Below are positions 59,604-64,000 of a stretch of 64,000 nucleotides of DNA, piece by piece. Below the pieces are notes generated by a model. It was not told the DNA's origin, ran no database searches, and saw only the letters and a program-made list of their open reading frames with translations. Within the stretch, counting starts at the first letter, position 1, and the number at the start of each line of letters is the position of its first letter. Where the stretch lies: the NCBI GenBank assembly GCA_950097015.1, contig CATNEN010000001.1:22196001-22260000 (forward strand). The letters are read 5' to 3'. Source of the DNA: Macrostomum hystrix. Lineage: Eukaryota > Animalia > Platyhelminthes. A program made the position numbers and the translations under genes.

Positions 59604-60680
59604 ATGGCGGACGCAAGCCTTGAAGTCGAATATCGCCAGTACCAATTCCTAAAGAAACTGTTTCAGGTACTGCAAAGGGCTTTCCAAAACCCGGAGCACA
59701 CTTCTGAGAACGGGTTTGGTCGCTGGCTGCAGAATATTCAGCATTGGGATCAACTTCATCACAAATACCGCCTGCTTCCAAATCACCCAGATCCAGAGGG
59801 TGTCACCGGGGTTGAACTAGTGCGAATGCTTGAGGAGACTCTGCATGTTACGCAGGAACTGGCTGAAAGCGTGGCCCGAGACTTGTACAATAGCATTGAG
59901 GAGTTCCTGAGCTCTGACCACGACGAGGAACCGTTGACTAGCGTCACTGTCACGTACAATGAAAATCAGAATGAGGGCCAGATAATTGTTGGCGAGTTTA
60001 AAACTCCGAGATGTCATCGGGTCAGCTGTCTTGCGAAAAACTTCGGCATTAACGAGACAGCGCTCGTGTGTCTCCGCTACAACCAGCTGAGCAAGTTCCG
60101 TGGCGGAGAGTCGGGCATGAGCGTGACGGGACTGAACGCACTGCACGACGTCGGCCAGGTGCGGTTTGAAGGCTTCTCATCGCCGCTGAATTGTCGCCTG
60201 CTTGGTCAGGACGGCGTCAGCTTCTGCAGCCTGTTCCAGGACACTGACGCCGCCTTTGGCAGCCTGGGAAACTTTTTCCGCATCAGGCTGACCGACTATC
60301 CGGGCGGCTGGAGTCTGGGACCGCCGTTCGTGGAGCCTGTCCTGAACGACACCGCAACAAAGGTTGTGCGTACTCTGGATGAGACGGAGCCGGGAAAGTT
60401 CTGGTTCTTCGTCACCATGCCGAACTGGGAAGACAACCCGGGCTGGCAGACCCTTGAGCAATCGCAACACAAGGTAGCGAGATTCGACTTCGACAAAAAA
60501 CAGTTCTGGCAGCAGGACGACTACGGAGCCATCTACCATCCGAATGCGAAATACTGCGTCTTTGCTCTCGGCCAATTGCCCGACGAAGTTGACCTGGTCG
60601 AATTGCGGAACCGAATCTGCGTGGACGATGAGGCCACCGTTAGGGATGACTGGCTGGAGGCATGCGATGTTGAGGTGTAG
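59604..60680 (+). CDS. PCIF1/CAPAM-like N6-adenine methyltransferase-fold protein, intronless, no WW domain, motif IV GPPF
   Basis: LRY...ALHDVGQVRFEGFSSPLNCRLLG...FCSLFQDTDAAFGSLGNFF...GWSLGPPFVEPVL...FFVTMPNW parallels PCIF1 FECFASPLN...CSAFPDTD.YFGS.G...GSFEANPPF.EELM. Confidence 0.8.
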   Translation: MADASLEVEYRQYQFLKKLFQVLQRAFQNPEHTSENGFGRWLQNIQHWDQLHHKYRLLPNHPDPEGVTGVELVRMLEETLHVTQELAESVARDLYNSIEEFLSSDHDEEPLTSVTVTYNENQNEGQIIVGEFKTPRCHRVSCLAKNFGINETALVCLRYNQLSKFRGGESGMSVTGLNALHDVGQVRFEGFSSPLNCRLLGQDGVSFCSLFQDTDAAFGSLGNFFRIRLTDYPGGWSLGPPFVEPVLNDTATKVVRTLDETEPGKFWFFVTMPNWEDNPGWQTLEQSQHKVARFDFDKKQFWQQDDYGAIYHPNAKYCVFALGQLPDEVDLVELRNRICVDDEATVRDDWLEACDVEV

Positions 60681-61112
60681 AATCTGCTTGTGACAAGTTA
60701 CTGTGTACCCCTTACTGCGGGAATTTTTGTAATGTCTAATTTCTCCACCAACATACTCTAACTTCCTCCTAATTATTCGATGATTGATATCATATTTAAT
60801 GCTCAAGCATGATTTTATAACAGTAGGAATCGATATTTCAACAAATTATATTTGTAAGACTAAATTATTTATAAGACTTTCAGCTGCTCAGAATACAAAT
60901 ATTGTCAGAGATAAGGATAATCAAAGTCATATTTTAATGACTAAAAATGAAATTGCATCTAATACTACTTTAGGTAGCATGCTATATAGGCTTGCTTTTA
61001 AGCGTGTATGTGGTGAATCATGGTGACAATGAAGCTGCATGACCTCAACGAATCACAACAGTAGTAACAGCAAAAGCAGAAATATTCATGCAGCAGCTAG
61101 TTCAGAGCCAAA

Positions 61113-61153
61113 TCAGTTTTCATTAACATATCTTGATGAAGCTGAAGTCCATA

Positions 61154-61184
<31 letters not shown>

Positions 61185-62476
61185 AAGGTCTGCATTTTGT
61201 CTCGAGCTCAGCTGCAGCCGCGTCTTGTGCTCGCTGCGAAGCAGAGCCTGGCGAACTGAAAGGAGCAGCAAAATTATGTATTCTTTTACAAGCATTGGTG
61301 AGATTTTTGAACTACAAGGCAGTCTTTGCAGTTTTGCAGGATGTGTGGGGTACAGGCGCATCGTTTGGCGGTACGAAGGGATCGGTCGCAGAGCGTTTGC
61401 CTCAAACGTGTTCGCCTCTCGCACCAAGGTCCCTGAGCTCGATTACGCGGCGAAGCCACATTTATTTGGGGCGCAGCCGCGGAGAGAAGGCTTGGGGGCT
61501 TATCGTGCAATTTACGCCCTTAAAGGGCAACCTCCAAAGCACGTGACAGTGTACGCTGCCTGACTATGAGAAAGTCAGGGCAGATGTACACACCTGTGTG
61601 AGCGTGTGTGCCTGTGTACAGTATCTGTGTGCGTGTGTGCTCAGGAGTCAGCGAAATGGGCAGAATTGCCTCCTCGCTGGCTGCGGGTCTAGTGTCACCA
61701 AATGATGTGCCATTGCCCGCAGCCCTCCTGCACTTTTTATTATTTATTATTGGCAATGGTCGACCCGCCGACAGTGAGAAGTAAATTAAACGTATTCCGC
61801 TAAGCCCCTACGCAAACACCAGAACGGGGACGCATACAGCAGGTTTCTACATCAGCAATGACTTTTCATCCTTAGAAATTTTTTACTTTTTTGCCCTTCA
61901 AAAGCGCGAATCGTTCGACATGCCCCCAAGACCTTCGCTCCGCGGCCGCGCCCCAAATGAATGTGGCCTCACCGCGGATTCGAGCTCAGGAGTCTTGGTT
62001 CGCTGCTAAAAAGCAGAATTTTTCTATTGCAGCGAATATGTTGACAAACGTAGAATGGCTTCCCTCCCGGTCGCAAGTGACGCACCCATCCTGTCGATGT
62101 GGTCGGACATGGACAGTGTCACGACTATGAGCACGACGCACATTGCTAGAAGCAGAAACGCCACGGCCATCACCACCCGAGCGACTCGCTTCTGTTTGGC
62201 TGTGGGTCGATCGTCGGATTCCAGGCCGGCGGTGGCAAAGTTGCCGCACAGCGAGCCACCTTCAGCCAGGTCATGCCCGGCTGCCGTGTCCGCGGCCTGC
62301 GGAGCAACCAGGCGAGACAGCCGTGCCTGCTGAAGCTGCATGGCCGAGTCCTGATTGCCGAACAAAGCCAGGGCGGTGTTGGCTTGCGAAGGTCCGTAGG
62401 TGGTCGCTCCACCGAACTCGGCGGTCGTGTTGTTATCACAATCGCTTGGCGGCTCGGGCACACAGGATACGGACAT
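61113..62476 (-). CDS. Uncharacterised single-pass membrane protein; coding exons 62476-62086 and 61255-61113, probable upstream exon ending at 62961
   Basis: KQKRVARVVMAVAFLLLAMCVVLIVVTLSMSDHIDRM-VRQALLRSEHK...polyQ...stop. Phase-1 GT-AG junction. Start codon is uncertain. Confidence 0.6.
61378..61752 (+). mobile_element. SINE family B, near full length
   Basis: tRNA-like head GGGATCGGTCGCAGAGCG...GAGCTCGATT, conserved body, TTA-rich tail. Confidence 0.75.
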
Positions 62477-64000
62477 TGGGTGTTGTGAAACGCTTTCACC
62501 TGGAGTTTTACAGTGAAAGCATTTCAATCCGAATTGCTGGCTTAACGCACTGCGTCAGAGTGATTCTAGTTTGCAGTCCTGAGCACAGAATATTCACAGT
62601 CGACTCACAGCCAGTGACGAGGCAGTTCTGCACAATCCGCTTACCCTTGAGCACACACTCACACTCACGTCCTGATTGACGATTGACGCCCCTTCTGGTA
62701 TCGCCTGCTCAGTGTGAAAGCGTTCAGGAGAGCTGGTAGGCTATTATTTAGAACTTCGGACTTTTCACCAAGATGTCGGGAGTTCGAAACTCAGCCGAAG
62801 GGATTTATTGATCCCTAATGTCCCCTACTTTTTCAGCAGTCCACGGACTAAATAGTTGTACACAGCTGCGGCTGCGCCACTGACATTAGACCTGGACAAA
62901 ATTCTCAACCGCTTGCATTCAGCCCTTCCATTCAGCAATGTAATGAGTAAACAAACTTACCTCGAGTTTAAATGAACCAAAAATAATGCTGCTTTGGCAT
63001 TAAAGTACTACATCTAATAGCATCACTGGTCGGTCGGTGTCTAGATTGGCCAGCTAGCCTTTTATATTTATAATCGATATATTAGAAAAAACTGCCAGGG
63101 CTTTTGAATCCAATTTCAAGTTATAAAGATTGGGACTGGCGACGGACCCGGCTTGGGCGATACCGAGGGCGCCTGCCTATATAGATCAGATAGTCGACTA
63201 ATTTTTCGGGTTGGATTTTCACTTTTCCCCTTCTTTTACGCCTGCTGCGCCGCTGTTGCAGAAAATGAGGGAGGCGGGGCGGAGGAGAGAAAGGGAAGGA
63301 AGAATTTGTTCCTGAGAGGGCCGCAGGAGCAACAGTGGTTGCCGCGCGGCACGCAGGCTTTCACTGGGGCCTGTAGTGTGCCTATAGGTAGGCGGGCAGC
63401 TATAAGTGAGAGGTGCAGAGGACGAAACGTCGAGCGCGAGGGATGAAAGTGACGAGAAGTGAGCTGACTGCTTCTACTCGTATGAGGCTGCAGAGGCGTC
63501 GGCACTCTCGCGAGGCGCAGGCTAAGGAGATCGGGACGAAGGGAGGGAGAGAGGGAGGCAGGAAGGGAGTTTGTGTCGAGTTTGTGGAAATCTCCTCAGT
63601 GGCTTCGTACAGCCAAGGGGATGCGGGGAGAGTGTGAAAGTGAGGGAAATAATTTGGTAGGGAAGTGAGGTGAGAGAATGTCTCGAGTTGAACGCAGGCA
63701 CACTCTAGGGAGGTGCGAGGAATAGGATGATAGGTGCGCGAACTTGAGAACGAGGGGCAAAGTAATTAGCCAGAAAATAGATGGCAAACCATCGAGGGGC
63801 CTTGCAGAGGCGTCGAGAGCCGCATAGAGCTCTGAAACTGAGGTGCTGGGCGTCATCTCAGCTCAGAGAGGCTGTCATCGATTGAGCATAAGCTGCTGTG
63901 GTGCAGTTCGGAGTTATTTTTATCGATTTAGTCATTGAAAACCCCGACTTGTGAGTGCCATCGAGCGCATATCATGCATGGCAACCTCGATAAGTAGTAA

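Noticed and set aside
59604-60680. Calling this gene the PCIF1 orthologue
   Set aside because: Too short, no WW domain and altered catalytic motif, so the symbol is withheld

Overview
Eukaryotic (metazoan) genomic DNA with GT-AG introns, GC-rich exons, AT-rich intergenic DNA and minisatellite-filled introns. Gene content and repeat style suggest a flatworm, probably a free-living one such as Macrostomum (inference). The left two-thirds hold two divergent, tightly packed same-strand gene runs. The minus-strand run is TGF-beta type I receptor > TTC1 > STARD10; the plus-strand run is DNAAF1 > MRPL54 > NUDT14 > TTC21B/IFT139. Both look like spliced-leader (SL) resolved operons. MRPL54 and TTC1 have no usable N-terminal ATG but begin at an in-frame splice acceptor, which fits the flatworm SL donating the start AUG. 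The right third is an accessory region. It contains a decayed RNase H-bearing LINE, a tandem pair plus a relic of ankyrin-repeat/MAP3K-like kinases with an HRDxN catalytic loop, a small tegument-allergen-type (TAL) dynein light chain gene, an intronless WW-less PCIF1/CAPAM-like methyltransferase with NPPF changed to GPPF, and a single-pass membrane protein. Two tRNA-derived SINE families, a MULE-like TIR element with a 9-bp TSD and many intron-specific tandem arrays are also present. Exon coordinates were read by hand and may be off by a few bases.
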